A stretch of 64,000 nucleotides of DNA from Polyangiaceae bacterium (GTDB lineage: Bacteria; Myxococcota_A; Polyangia; Polyangiales; Polyangiaceae). A program made the position numbers and the translations under genes. The notes under the pieces were generated by a model that saw only the letters and a list, made by a program, of their open reading frames with translations, was not told the origin of the DNA and did not search any database. Location of the stretch: NCBI GenBank assembly GCA_965222375.1, contig CBDCTZ010000016.1:1856001-1920000 (forward strand), written 5' to 3'. Position 1 is the first letter of the stretch. Each line of letters opens with the position of its first letter. Of the stretch, positions 1 through 9,760 are shown piece after piece.

Positions 1-334
1 CGTCGGACGAGCCGCCGGAGCTGGTGCCACCCGTGGCTGTGCCGGCTGAACCCGAAGTGCCGGAACCTCCTCCTCCCGCGCTCCCGCCGGAGCCTGTGCC
101 TCCGTCGTCTGCCAGGCACAGGTTGCAGGGCACGATGCTGCCGTCCGGTGGCGGAAACGCCTTCGGGCATTGGGTAGCAGTGCAGATGCCCGGCGATTTG
201 TAGTCCGGAGGTGCGTTGTTGCAGGCCTGCCCGGGTGTGGTGCAGTCGTTTGGTGGCGGTACGTCTCCCCAGGCCGCGGCCGCGAAACAGAGAGTGGTCA
301 AGAACGCTGGAAGAGCCCACAGGGTGTATCTCAT
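1..334 (-). CDS. Secreted Cys-rich/Gly-rich protein, partial (runs off the window start)
   Basis: Manual translation from ATG at 334: MRYTLWALPAFLTTLCFAAAAWGDVPPPNDCTTPGQACNN...GGTGSGGSAGGGGSG; signal peptide, Cys cluster, Gly linker; absent from the ORF track because it has no stop in the window. Confidence 0.75.
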   Translation of the reverse strand, partial: MRYTLWALPAFLTTLCFAAAAWGDVPPPNDCTTPGQACNNAPPDYKSPGICTATQCPKAFPPPDGSIVPCNLCLADDGGTGSGGSAGGGGSGTSGSAGTATGGTSSGGSSD

Positions 335-461
335 TTCGAAAGAATGTCGTAAGCCGACAACGGCGGCAACTGGGATGTCTCTCAGTCGTCGTCGAAGCGA
401 GGTAACCACCCGTCCGGCGAAAGAGTTGCGCAGGCCACGCGGTCCACCGCTGCGCGGCGAA

Positions 462-1757
462 TTACTGGGGCGTAGGCTGGTTGCAGCCGAAAACGACGTC
501 GATGTCGTTGACCTGCTGGTTTTTCAGCTTGTCGCAGTCGCTGCCGTAGAACGTGATCTGGTTCGAGGCGGAGTCATAGTCCCAGCCGTTCTGCTTCGTG
601 GGGTCTCGCGGAACGGATTGGTTGTCGAAAAACGCGAACACCTTGTTGGGGTCTGGCGGCGTCGAGTTGAGCTTGAAGGTGCAGCCCACGATGCTGCCCG
701 CGATAGTACCCAAGGATTGCTGCAGCTGCGCGGCGTTGTCCGCTTGGTAGTACTTGGGGGAGCCGCTTCGTGGCACTCCGCCGGCGACGGCGAACTTGTC
801 CATCTGCACCGGGTCGATGGCACCACCAAAGCCCACGACGAAGGTGCTGACTCCGCCCGAATGCATGGTTGCCAAGATCTGCTCGGTGCCCTTGTCGCCG
901 CCCGCGTTGTTGCAGCCGGCTTGCTTGCCATCTGTGATCAGGACCGCGTAGTTCGCGCGGGTTGCATCTTGGAGCTCCGGTTGCTGGCTCGCCTGCTGCA
1001 TTGCCGTGTCGATGTTGGTTACGCAGGGGCCATCGGGGAATTGCGGATCGCTTTGCTTGAGGGCATCCGTCAGGAGCTTCTGGATTGCACTCTCCTTCGA
1101 GGGACCGACGGTGACTGCCGGCGCGCCTTGTCCACACTTGCCGCCGGATGTATCGGGGAACAGAATTAGGCCCCAACGGATCTGACCCTGAAAGTTCGTG
1201 GTGAGTTGATTGATCGCGGCCACGGAAAGTGTCCACTTGTTCGGCCCCGCCGGAACCAGGTTGTTCTTCAAATCGCGTCGCATGGAGCAGGAGCGATCCA
1301 GAACCAGCATCATGTTGGGTGGGACCGCCTCGATGGTGAATTCCTGCGCGCCGCAGCCGCCGCCGGGTACGCACATCTTCTTGTCGTCACAGTCCAGCCC
1401 ATCCGCGCAATCTGCCGCAGATTCGCACGTGCCTTCTGCGATGCAGTTGCCTGTCGTGCTGCAGATCTCCCCACTAGCGCAGTCCCCAGTAGCGCCGCAC
1501 TTGCCGTCCGCCACGCAGACGCCCGCCACGGAACAATACTGACCGCTTTCGCAATCCCCTTTGTCGCTGCAGGTCGTCCCTCCGCCACCGGTTCCGTTTC
1601 CACCACTGCCGCTGCTGGCTCCGGTCCCGCTCGCGCCGCCAACCGTGTTGTCTGCCGAGCCATCGCTCTCGCCACCACATGCCAGCGCGATGCCGCCCAT
1701 CATGCACGTAACTGAAGCCAGTTTCCCAAGTCGATTAAGCGTGCCCATATTTGTCAT
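462..1757 (-). CDS. VWA-domain lipoprotein with Cys-rich repeats
   Basis: Lipobox ALAC, Gly linker, Cys repeats, MIDAS-like LVLDRSCSM and VLITDG; start uncertain (1757 or 1748). Confidence 0.85.
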   Translation of the reverse strand: MTNMGTLNRLGKLASVTCMMGGIALACGGESDGSADNTVGGASGTGASSGSGGNGTGGGGTTCSDKGDCESGQYCSVAGVCVADGKCGATGDCASGEICSTTGNCIAEGTCESAADCADGLDCDDKKMCVPGGGCGAQEFTIEAVPPNMMLVLDRSCSMRRDLKNNLVPAGPNKWTLSVAAINQLTTNFQGQIRWGLILFPDTSGGKCGQGAPAVTVGPSKESAIQKLLTDALKQSDPQFPDGPCVTNIDTAMQQASQQPELQDATRANYAVLITDGKQAGCNNAGGDKGTEQILATMHSGGVSTFVVGFGGAIDPVQMDKFAVAGGVPRSGSPKYYQADNAAQLQQSLGTIAGSIVGCTFKLNSTPPDPNKVFAFFDNQSVPRDPTKQNGWDYDSASNQITFYGSDCDKLKNQQVNDIDVVFGCNQPTPQ

Positions 1758-1835
1758 GGTGCACCGAAAAGGCGATCTTGGCCACCGACACAGCCGCATC
1801 CGCACCGCGACCGGCGCTCGCCTATTGCGCACCGC

Positions 1836-2385
1836 CTACCTAGCGCTCTGGCGCATTCCGAGGGCCGCGCCGATCATGCTGATCATTCGATGCACTACGA
1901 CGACGAACACGATCGACCACAAAGCAGCGACCAAGTCGGGGAAACCCAAGGCCACACCACCAACCAGGCACCCAGAAGAAAATCAACCTGGTCGAAAAGA
2001 TAGAACAACACTGCAGCGGGGCCGCGAGCGGCGCGCCCCGGCGCCACGCCCAGCTGACGCTTGAGCAGGCTGTAAGCATCGCTGCGGCGCCAATGCCGAA
2101 ACCGACCAGCGTCATGGCCGGCATCGAAAGACCTCGAAAGCCCTCGGCCTGAAGCCCGGGTGCAGCGGACTGCAGGCCGTAGCCGCCGGCGGCGCCCAAA
2201 GCGACCGCCAGGATCCCACGAAAGGACTTGTTCTCGCCGAACAGCGGCCGCCCGCGCAGCTGCCGACCCCTGTCGATGGGCACGGCAAGCGATCGCATCC
2301 AACCGAACTTGATGCACAGGCCGTGGAAGACCAGCCCAAGGAACAACGGTCCAAACAGAGCAGCGGCAAGAGGCAGGTCGTTCAC
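1836..2385 (-). pseudogene. CDP-archaeol synthase (CarS/DUF46)-like membrane protein with two frameshifts
   Basis: PIDRG...LFGENKSFRG in one frame, SLLKRQLGVAPG...FDQVDFLLG in a second (shift ~2075), LWSIVFVVVVHRMISMIGAALGMRQSAR* in a third (shift ~1920). Confidence 0.7.
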
Positions 2386-2466
2386 GTCAGGAGTGCAGAG
2401 CACTACCCGTGGCGAAGCTTGTCAACGGAGTTGAAGGTTTCAACTTGAGCTAACATCAAGATTGCC

Positions 2467-3629
2467 ATGGCCTCTATCCTTCCTCGGCTGCTCGTGACGT
2501 TGTGCGGCGCGCTGTTAGTGATGGCTTGCGGGTTCGACTCTCGAACGCTCTCGGCTCCGCGTAGCCAGCGGGCCGCGGCGGCGAAGCTGACGCCCGAACT
2601 CGAGGACTCCCAGGCTCCCGCGTCTACGCTGCTGCGTCCCCTTAGCGTGCGCGTCTACGTGTCTCGACAACACCAGACGGAGTCTCCTGCGTGGCAGAAG
2701 CATTTGGCCGAGCGGGTCGCAGAGGCGAACAGAGTGCTGGCCGCCGAACTGGAGGCTCGGCTCCAACTCGAGCAGCCGCGCGATTGGCCGCTGGCGCAGT
2801 CCACGGAGACCCTCGACAAGAGCCTCGCCGCACTGCGCGTCTTGGACCCAGGCGAGGACGTCGATTTCGTGCTTGGGCTCGTTGCCTCCGAGCCGAAACT
2901 CTCTTTCGCCTTTCAGGAACTCGGCATCGCCCAACAATTCGGAAAGCACTTGGTCCTGCGCGGGGCCAACGATGCGCGCGAACTCGACGCGATCGAGCAG
3001 AGTTTCGGACAGCTGAGCGCCGGGGAGCGACAGAAGCTCTACCGCACGCGCCGCGCTCACAAGGGAGCGGCGGTGCTACTGCACGAATTGGCGCATGCCT
3101 GGGGCGCGCCCCACGCGCGCGATGGCCGCTCGGTCTTGAACGCTCGGTATTCGCCAAAAGGCACCGGGTTCGGGGCGGATGCCAGCCGCTTTCTCGGCGT
3201 GGCATTTCGTTTTCGCTACACCCACACGCGAACGACCACGCCATGGCTCGCGCCCTGCTCAAAGAGCTCGATCGCACGCGGAGCACGTGGGTCGCTTCCG
3301 AACGCGATGCCTTGGCGGTTCGCCTTGGCAAGTTCTTGGAAAACCCCGAGGCAGCATCCGCACAGGCCGAGCCCTCACCGGCCGCGGCGAGCGGGCTACC
3401 GGCCGAAGATCGGAAGCGGGTTGCCCTCGCGAAAGGCCAGCTATCCTCCGGCGACGCGTCCGCCGCCTGGAAGAGCGCCGAGCCCCTGTTCGAGCGCTAC
3501 CCCGACAGCTACGAGATACAGGAGCTACGCTGCAACATCGCCATGCGACGCAGCTTGCCCTACGCCAAGGTTCGCGCAGAGTGCAAGCGGTTGATGGCGC
3601 TCTCACCGGGAACCAAGGGCTGGCGTTAG
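2467..3629 (+). pseudogene. Lipoprotein zinc metallopeptidase (HExxH) with helical C-terminal domain, frameshifted near 3220
   Basis: Lipobox VMAC and LLHELAHAWGAPH in the 2467 frame; the plausible C-terminus (AWKSAEPLFERYPDSYEIQELRC) lies in the frame ending at 3629. Confidence 0.7.
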
Positions 3630-3653
3630 CGGCCACCTCGCGCGCTCGAGGGC

Positions 3654-4091
3654 TCAGAAGTCGTAGGGACCGGCAGCCGCAACTCTCGCAGGCATCCAGG
3701 TCTCATGCACGTGGAGCCAGCGCAGCGGTGAGCCTCGCTTGAAGATCACGCTGGCGAGCCGTGCGTTGTCGGGTGGCGTCGACGCCAGGGCATTGCGTTG
3801 CCATTCTTCGTAGGTGGCGAGCACATGGTCTCCGAGTTCGCGCCGCACCTTGACGTTGCGGATCGCGATGCGGAAGTCGGGATTCGAGCCGCGCCCCTTG
3901 CGTACGCTGGCCACGAGGTCGTCCAGCAACAGCAATGAGCCAGCGGGTGGAATCAGGATGAACTCGGGGTCGAACCGCCTCGTGAAGCCGGTTTCAAACT
4001 CGCTTTCGACCAAGGCTCCAGAAAACCACCCCACGAAGAACTCGTGCAGGGCCTCGATCTCAGCGTGAACTTCCTCTTCAGTGGCCGTCAT
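3654..4091 (-). CDS. NTF2/SnoaL-like (DUF4440-type) protein
   Basis: EIEALHEFFVGWF...F.LIPP.G...ATYEEWQ...WLHVHETW pattern. Confidence 0.75.
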   Translation of the reverse strand: MTATEEEVHAEIEALHEFFVGWFSGALVESEFETGFTRRFDPEFILIPPAGSLLLLDDLVASVRKGRGSNPDFRIAIRNVKVRRELGDHVLATYEEWQRNALASTPPDNARLASVIFKRGSPLRWLHVHETWMPARVAAAGPYDF

Positions 4092-4169
4092 GGAGTGCTA
4101 CTGGTCTAGCGCAGGCGCCAATCGCCATGCAAGACTGCGGAGCGCAGCGATCCGACTCCTGGGGCAAGA

Positions 4170-5738
4170 GTGAGTAAGACCGTCTTCGACTTTCAGGTTC
4201 GTACTCTGGAGTGCGCAAGCTGTGGCGCGCCCATCGAGGCTCCCAAGCAAGGCGGGCACATGCAGTGCGCCTACTGCAGCACCACCAATGTCGTCTCCCA
4301 CCGCGCCGCGGACAAGCGAGCGAACTTCAAACCGTCCATGGCCGAGGAGGTGGCACGGCTATCGCGCTTGAATTCCCAGCTGGCCAATCCCGTGTCGGGG
4401 CATATCTACGATTTGCAGCGGCGCCCCTTGGACTTTGCTCACTTGGAGCCCATGAGCGAAGCGGGGCACGCGCAGCTGAAGACGATCTGGGACCAAGCGA
4501 AACTCAGCGGCCCAGTTGCACCAGGTAGCGAACAAGATCGGCGACTGTGTTGGACGGCGTTGCGTCTCGCGGATCACTACTCGCGAGGGAGCGATGCTCT
4601 GCACGCGAGGGCTGTGCTCGAAACTGCCCTCGACCGCGTTGGCGATGCGGGCCTCTGCAACTTGATCCGATGTCGGCTGGCCACGGAAGCGGTGGCAGAG
4701 GGTGACCATGCGTCCGCGCAGGGTTGGCTCGACGAATGCGACTCCGCGCCGGAGGTCGCCGAGCTGGACAGCGCCTATCGGGAAGCCCTGGCCCAGCTGC
4801 GAAACGCAGAAGGCAATCCGGGTGGCGTGTTGGAAGTGCTTGGAAGGCGCAGCGGCGACGTTCCGATCCAGCGGGCTTTCGATTTCTCGGCAAGCTTGCT
4901 GCGCATCCATGCTTTGGAGCTGGGCGGCGCCGCGCAGGCTGCGGGGGAGGAGTTCGATCGGGCCAGTGGCAGGCACAACACGGGCAGGTTGGTGGAGGCC
5001 CTCGAAGCCCAAGGGCTGGCCCCGGGAGTCCGCGCCCGCCAAGCGCAGCGTGAAGCCGCGAAAAAGCGCGACGCGGCCGCCGCGGACGCCCGCCGAGTGC
5101 AGAACGAAGCCGCGAAAAAGCGCGCCCAGATGAACGCGCTGGCGCGCAATCGCGCCGAGCTGTCGACGGGGCTGGCTTCGTTGCCCGGCGCGCTGGCCAA
5201 GGCGCCTTTCATTGCAGCCGCGCTGATGATCGTCGTGTCCATTCCTAGGTGCACCATGGACGTCGACCCGCTCCTTGGTGTGCAGGGCTACGCGCTCTGC
5301 CCCGAAGTGTGTCAGGGCTGCGAGGGGCCGATGTGGGTCTTCACCGAGTGGCATCAGACCGGCCCCGGCGAGTACACCTCGGACGGTGCCGAGTACTACT
5401 GCATGCCGCCCAGCACCGCGGCTGTGCCCTCTCCGGAACCAATTCGCAACCAAAGCTACGAGATGAGCTGGGTCGCCGCATTCGGATCGACCTACGGTCT
5501 CTTGCTCTTGTTCGTGCTTCCCTTCGTGCCCGTCTTGGCGTTCCTTACCCACGCCCAGGCCGCGCAGAAGCGCCGCAAGCTGGATGCAGAAATTGAGGCC
5601 ATCCGTCAGGAATTAGGCGGCCCTGAACCGGTCGTGAAGCGCAAGACAGTCTTGCGGGGGCTTGCCGTCGGCGTCGGGCTGATCACTGCCGGATTCGCGT
5701 TTGCCGGCGTGCTAACCGTCGTCGCGCTTATGTTCTGA
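4170..5738 (+). CDS. Hypothetical membrane protein with N-terminal zinc ribbon
   Basis: CASC...CAYC, helical middle region, three hydrophobic segments, CPEVCQGC. Confidence 0.7.
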   Translation: MSKTVFDFQVRTLECASCGAPIEAPKQGGHMQCAYCSTTNVVSHRAADKRANFKPSMAEEVARLSRLNSQLANPVSGHIYDLQRRPLDFAHLEPMSEAGHAQLKTIWDQAKLSGPVAPGSEQDRRLCWTALRLADHYSRGSDALHARAVLETALDRVGDAGLCNLIRCRLATEAVAEGDHASAQGWLDECDSAPEVAELDSAYREALAQLRNAEGNPGGVLEVLGRRSGDVPIQRAFDFSASLLRIHALELGGAAQAAGEEFDRASGRHNTGRLVEALEAQGLAPGVRARQAQREAAKKRDAAAADARRVQNEAAKKRAQMNALARNRAELSTGLASLPGALAKAPFIAAALMIVVSIPRCTMDVDPLLGVQGYALCPEVCQGCEGPMWVFTEWHQTGPGEYTSDGAEYYCMPPSTAAVPSPEPIRNQSYEMSWVAAFGSTYGLLLLFVLPFVPVLAFLTHAQAAQKRRKLDAEIEAIRQELGGPEPVVKRKTVLRGLAVGVGLITAGFAFAGVLTVVALMF

Positions 5739-5982
5739 CTGTCCGCGCGTCTCAATCAAAGCGCAGCGCCAGCGGCTGAGCGAAGCGGCTCGAGCACGCC
5801 CTTTCAGCATCGCTTCGTACTTCCCGAAGCAGGTATACACGCCCATCCGATGCGACGTCGTGGTCGTCTGGACTTCCGCGATCCGCTGTCCGGACATGGC
5901 TTCGGCTGCCAGCAAATGTCGGCTGTTTCTCCGCTGTTCCTTGGGAAACGCCTTTGGCCTCGAAGTTGCTTAGTCATCGAGT

Positions 5983-7197
5983 ATGAAGCGCTCGATCCCC
6001 CTCAGCCTCGTCGCCGTTGCGCTCCTGTTCGGTTGCGCTGCGACGAGCACCGAATCGGAGCCGCATCCGGCCAACCAGCCCGCGGGACCCACGAATCCCG
6101 GACCCACGAACCCAGGCCCCACCAATCCCGGGCCCACCAATCCCGACCCGAACCCCACCGATGATCCTCAGGCGCAAGCGAAGTTCGATGCCTTGATCAA
6201 GAGCTTCGAAGAAAAGCTCGCTGCCAATGGCACACCTGGTGGCGCCGTTGCGGTCTACTCCGGGGGGAAGCTCTACGCCCAGGGCGTCGGCGTACGCAAA
6301 CAAGGCTCAGCCGAACCCGTCACCCAGGACACCTTGTTTGCGATCGGCTCGGTGACCAAGCCCGTGACCGCAACCGCGCTGATGACCTTCGTGGAAGAAG
6401 GCGCGTGGAGCGTGGGTCAGAGCCCGACAGACAAGATCCCAGAATTCGTCGTCAGCGGACCCTGGCCCACGACCTCGGTAACGAGCGGCCAGCTCATGGC
6501 CCACACTTCGGGCTACCCGAACTATGCCGATGACAACTACGACCCATTCGGCGATGCGGCGCCGGATGCCATCAGTCGGTATTTGACCTCCTACAACCAC
6601 CTCAAACTCGACTTCCAACCCGGTTCGAGTTGGAACTACTCGAACTTCGGCTACGCTGTGCTTGGCCTGCTGGTCGAGCGCCTCGGCGGAGCGCCCTACG
6701 CGGATGTCGTCACCGAGCGCGTCCTGAAGCGAGCAGGGCTGCCCACGGCCACGTTTTCGTACACCGAAGCCGAGAGTCGCGATCACGCGGCACCGCACCT
6801 GAAGTACCAAGGCGCCGTCGAGACCTACCCTCTCTACACATCGCCCTTCTATCAACCCTTCGGCGGGTTGTTTGCGAGCGCCGTGGACCTCGTGACGCTG
6901 GCGCGCGCTTATTTCCCAGGCAGCGGCGTGTTCGCACCACAAACCGTGGAGCGCATGCTCAGCGACGAATACGGCGGCTACATGGGTCTCGGCTGGTTCC
7001 TGATCGCCTCGCCCGCTGGCACCATCGCGCACCACGGCGGCTCCCAGGGCGGCTACTTGACCTCCTTGTACTTTGCTCCACAAAAAGGCTTCGCCGTCGC
7101 CGTGCTCATCAACGCCGACTGGGACGACCGCCCCATCGCCGAAACCCCGGTAGAGGCCGTCCAGGCATTTCTAGGCGTAACGATCCCAGCTCAGTGA
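5983..7197 (+). CDS. Serine hydrolase (beta-lactamase/PBP class C family) lipoprotein
   Basis: Lipobox LFGC; FAIGSVTK (SxxK), YSN and HGG motifs. Confidence 0.9.
   Translation: MKRSIPLSLVAVALLFGCAATSTESEPHPANQPAGPTNPGPTNPGPTNPGPTNPDPNPTDDPQAQAKFDALIKSFEEKLAANGTPGGAVAVYSGGKLYAQGVGVRKQGSAEPVTQDTLFAIGSVTKPVTATALMTFVEEGAWSVGQSPTDKIPEFVVSGPWPTTSVTSGQLMAHTSGYPNYADDNYDPFGDAAPDAISRYLTSYNHLKLDFQPGSSWNYSNFGYAVLGLLVERLGGAPYADVVTERVLKRAGLPTATFSYTEAESRDHAAPHLKYQGAVETYPLYTSPFYQPFGGLFASAVDLVTLARAYFPGSGVFAPQTVERMLSDEYGGYMGLGWFLIASPAGTIAHHGGSQGGYLTSLYFAPQKGFAVAVLINADWDDRPIAETPVEAVQAFLGVTIPAQ
6085..6150 (+). repeat. In-frame 15-nt tandem repeat encoding (GPTNP)x4
   Basis: GPTNPGPTNPGPTNPGPTNP linker. Confidence 0.85.
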
Positions 7198-7218
7198 CGC
7201 TTGGTCGTCGCCGCGGCC

Positions 7219-7872
7219 TCAATCGGCCGATGCGACTGCGGACATGAAGTCCGACAGCTTGGCTTCGTCCAGATTGCCTTCGGTGCGGATGCCCGTACAC
7301 AAGTCGACTCCAAAGGGTCGGACCGTGCGAATCGCATCCGCGACGTTGCTTGGCTTCAGGCCGCCCGCCAGGAAGACGGGCACTGAGCACTCTCGAACGA
7401 TCCGCGCGCTGAGGGACCAGTCGTGCGTACGCCCCGTGCCACCCAGCTCTTTGACTTCGAGGGCTTGATTGCCCGAGTCGAGCAGCAACGCGTCCACGCC
7501 CCGCGATACGTCTACGGCCTCCCGCACTGAGTCCTCGCCACAGACGTGCACGACCTGCACCAAAGATACCTCCGGCAAAGCTCGCTGCAGCTCGTCGTGA
7601 CCGCCTTCCGCGAGGCGATCGCAGATCTGCACCGTCGTGACGCCAGAACGCTTCGCGTGCTCCGCAATCTCCGCTGGGTCCGTGCGACTCGTGAGCAAGA
7701 ACGTCTTTATCGGCGTTGGCACTACAGCCGCAATCTCCGCAATGCGGCTATCCGAGATGACACCAGGCCCGCTGGGCATCTCAGACACCAGCCCCAACGC
7801 CGCGGCGCCGTGCCGCATTGCCAGCTGCGCCTCGTCAATCGACTTCACACAGCAAACTTTGACCTTGGTCAT
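7219..7872 (-). CDS. trpF: Phosphoribosylanthranilate isomerase
   Basis: KVKVCC, LLLDSG, GGTGRTHDW, FLAGGL.P.NV, GVDLCTG. Confidence 0.9.
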   Translation of the reverse strand: MTKVKVCCVKSIDEAQLAMRHGAAALGLVSEMPSGPGVISDSRIAEIAAVVPTPIKTFLLTSRTDPAEIAEHAKRSGVTTVQICDRLAEGGHDELQRALPEVSLVQVVHVCGEDSVREAVDVSRGVDALLLDSGNQALEVKELGGTGRTHDWSLSARIVRECSVPVFLAGGLKPSNVADAIRTVRPFGVDLCTGIRTEGNLDEAKLSDFMSAVASAD

Positions 7873-7900
7873 TCGTCGTTTCTCTCGATTCGGGGCTTAT

Positions 7901-7941
7901 TGGGTTTTAGGGTCGAGCGCTAGTGTAGCACTGGGCCGCTA
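7901..7941 (-). repeat. Dispersed bipartite intergenic motif, copy 1
   Basis: Reverse complement TAGCGGCCCA-N16-CGACCCTAAAACCCA. Confidence 0.65.
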
Positions 7942-8023
7942 CTCCCGAGCCAGGCCACGGATTGTCGAGACTTCGCTGCCACTCATGGGCCGGGAGTGAA
8001 AGCCTCGCTCTCGTCGCTCCAAC

Positions 8024-8722
8024 GTGAGAGCGTATTCGTCCGTCGTGTCTGAGAAACCTCCCGATATTCCGGCGCTCACGCCGCCTCCGGACGAATACGA
8101 GTCCGAGTACATGTCCGGTGGCGGTCAGGTCTTGCATCGGAGCAAGCTGGTGGCTCGCAGGCTGGCGCTGTTGTTGCTGACGTCGGGTGTGCTGACGGGC
8201 GTGCACGCCGCCGTTTCCTTCTTCAATGAATCGCTCCTTGCGGCCATCTTGCTTTCTTCCGGATCGCTAGCGATGCTGCTTGCTGGCCTGAGTCTGAGCG
8301 TGATGCGTACGAAAGTCACTTTCGAGGTGCTCCATGTTCAATACGGCCTGTGGGGCCCGCGGGTGCCAATCACGGCGATCACCTCCTGCAACGTGATTCC
8401 CTACGACAGGCAGAAGTTTGGCGCTTGGGGCATCAAGCGCTCCGTGGACGGCACCTGGTGTTACATGCCCACGATGGTCGAAAGCGTCGTGTCGATCAGC
8501 TGGACCGACGAACAGGGCGACACCAAGAAGGCCATATTCGCTGCTGAGGACCCCGATGCCGTCGCGGTTGCCATCCGCAGGGCTCGCGCGCAACCCGCCA
8601 CGACTTCGGCCAAGGCGCGCGTTGCCGTCAGTGCCGCCGCGGACGACGGCATCGTGGACGCCGAGTTCGAGGAGCAGGAAGCCGAACGCTCCAACACCGC
8701 TACCCGCACACCTTCCGATTGA
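8024..8722 (+). CDS. Hypothetical two-TM protein with probable bacterial PH-like domain
   Basis: Two TM segments then LHVQYGLWGPRVP...FGAWGIK. Confidence 0.65.
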   Translation: MRAYSSVVSEKPPDIPALTPPPDEYESEYMSGGGQVLHRSKLVARRLALLLLTSGVLTGVHAAVSFFNESLLAAILLSSGSLAMLLAGLSLSVMRTKVTFEVLHVQYGLWGPRVPITAITSCNVIPYDRQKFGAWGIKRSVDGTWCYMPTMVESVVSISWTDEQGDTKKAIFAAEDPDAVAVAIRRARAQPATTSAKARVAVSAAADDGIVDAEFEEQEAERSNTATRTPSD

Positions 8723-8961
8723 CCTCCGTCAGCTGGGAGGAAGCTGCCAGCTGGGTCAAGATTGGCTCTTGGGGGGAGGGCGCTAGAGCGCCCTGGCTGC
8801 GCGTATCTCGTTCTGAGCCTGCAGCTCATCAGCCGGGTCCGTAGGTCGCGCGGCTGACGCACACCAGAAAACGGACGTTACGGAACGTTGACTTCAGACG
8901 TCCTCGCGCGACCCTGCTTGAACTGACCCTCCACCCATGCTGACATCCGTCGCCGAGGGCG

Positions 8962-9627
8962 ATGATGAAGGGCATGCGAATGACAAACGCCATTGCGAAG
9001 AGCGTCGCGACTATGCTCGCGGCGCTGGCTGCCACCGCTGGGTGCAGCCGTGGTTCGGTTCCAGAGGGTGGCACAGCGAGCGGCCATGAACTGTACCAGC
9101 TTTGCGGCTCCTGTCACGGTGCCGATGGAGCCGGCAATCGAGCCGTGAACGCACCGGCAATCGCAGGCCTCAGTGCTTGGTACGTCGAAGCGCAGTTGCT
9201 CAGCTTCAAGAACGGCAACCGCGGCACTCATCCCAAAGACACGGGCGGGATGCAGATGCGCCCGATGGCTTTGAGTCTCAAGACCGACGTCGACATCAAG
9301 ACGGTCTCGACCTACGTGGAGAAAATGCCGCGCGTTGCCGTTCCGCCCACCCTGACCGGAGGCAACGCGGAGCGCGGCAAGGCGCTCTATGGTCCGTGTG
9401 TCGCTTGTCATGGTGCTGACGGCGCGGGTAACCCGGGTACCAAGGGCGCGCCGCTCCGAGGCGCCAGCGATTGGTATTTGCTCGCGCAGCTCGGGAACTT
9501 CAAAACAGGTGTCCGCGGGACGAACAAGAACGATGCGAACGGCGCAATCATGCGGCCGCTTGCCCTGACGTTGAGCGACGATCAAGCCGTGAAGGATGTC
9601 GTGGCCTACATCGCCACGCTGAAATAG
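8962..9627 (+). CDS. Di-heme cytochrome c (c4-like) lipoprotein
   Basis: CGSCH and CVACH, P.IAG...Y...QL..FK.G.R, distal Met; lipobox TAGC. Confidence 0.93.
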   Translation: MMKGMRMTNAIAKSVATMLAALAATAGCSRGSVPEGGTASGHELYQLCGSCHGADGAGNRAVNAPAIAGLSAWYVEAQLLSFKNGNRGTHPKDTGGMQMRPMALSLKTDVDIKTVSTYVEKMPRVAVPPTLTGGNAERGKALYGPCVACHGADGAGNPGTKGAPLRGASDWYLLAQLGNFKTGVRGTNKNDANGAIMRPLALTLSDDQAVKDVVAYIATLK

Positions 9628-9640
9628 GAGCCCACTTCCG

Positions 9641-9760
9641 ATGGCCGGTCCTGCACCCACTCCCCTTGGCTTCGCAAAAGCGACATTTTGGATCACCCTG
9701 GTGAGCACTGCCATCTACGTGCTCGCGGTCTTCATCTTCGTCCTTGGGAAGGCACCATGA
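9641..9760 (+). CDS. Small single-TM protein in the oxidase operon (39 aa)
   Basis: MAGPAPTPLGFAKATFWITLVSTAIYVLAVFIFVLGKAP*; AGGAG at 9626-9630; ATGA overlap with coxB. Confidence 0.7.
   Translation: MAGPAPTPLGFAKATFWITLVSTAIYVLAVFIFVLGKAP

Noticed and set aside
5712..5915. 67-aa minus-strand ORF
   Set aside because: No recognisable motif or RBS, and it overlaps the end of the preceding gene
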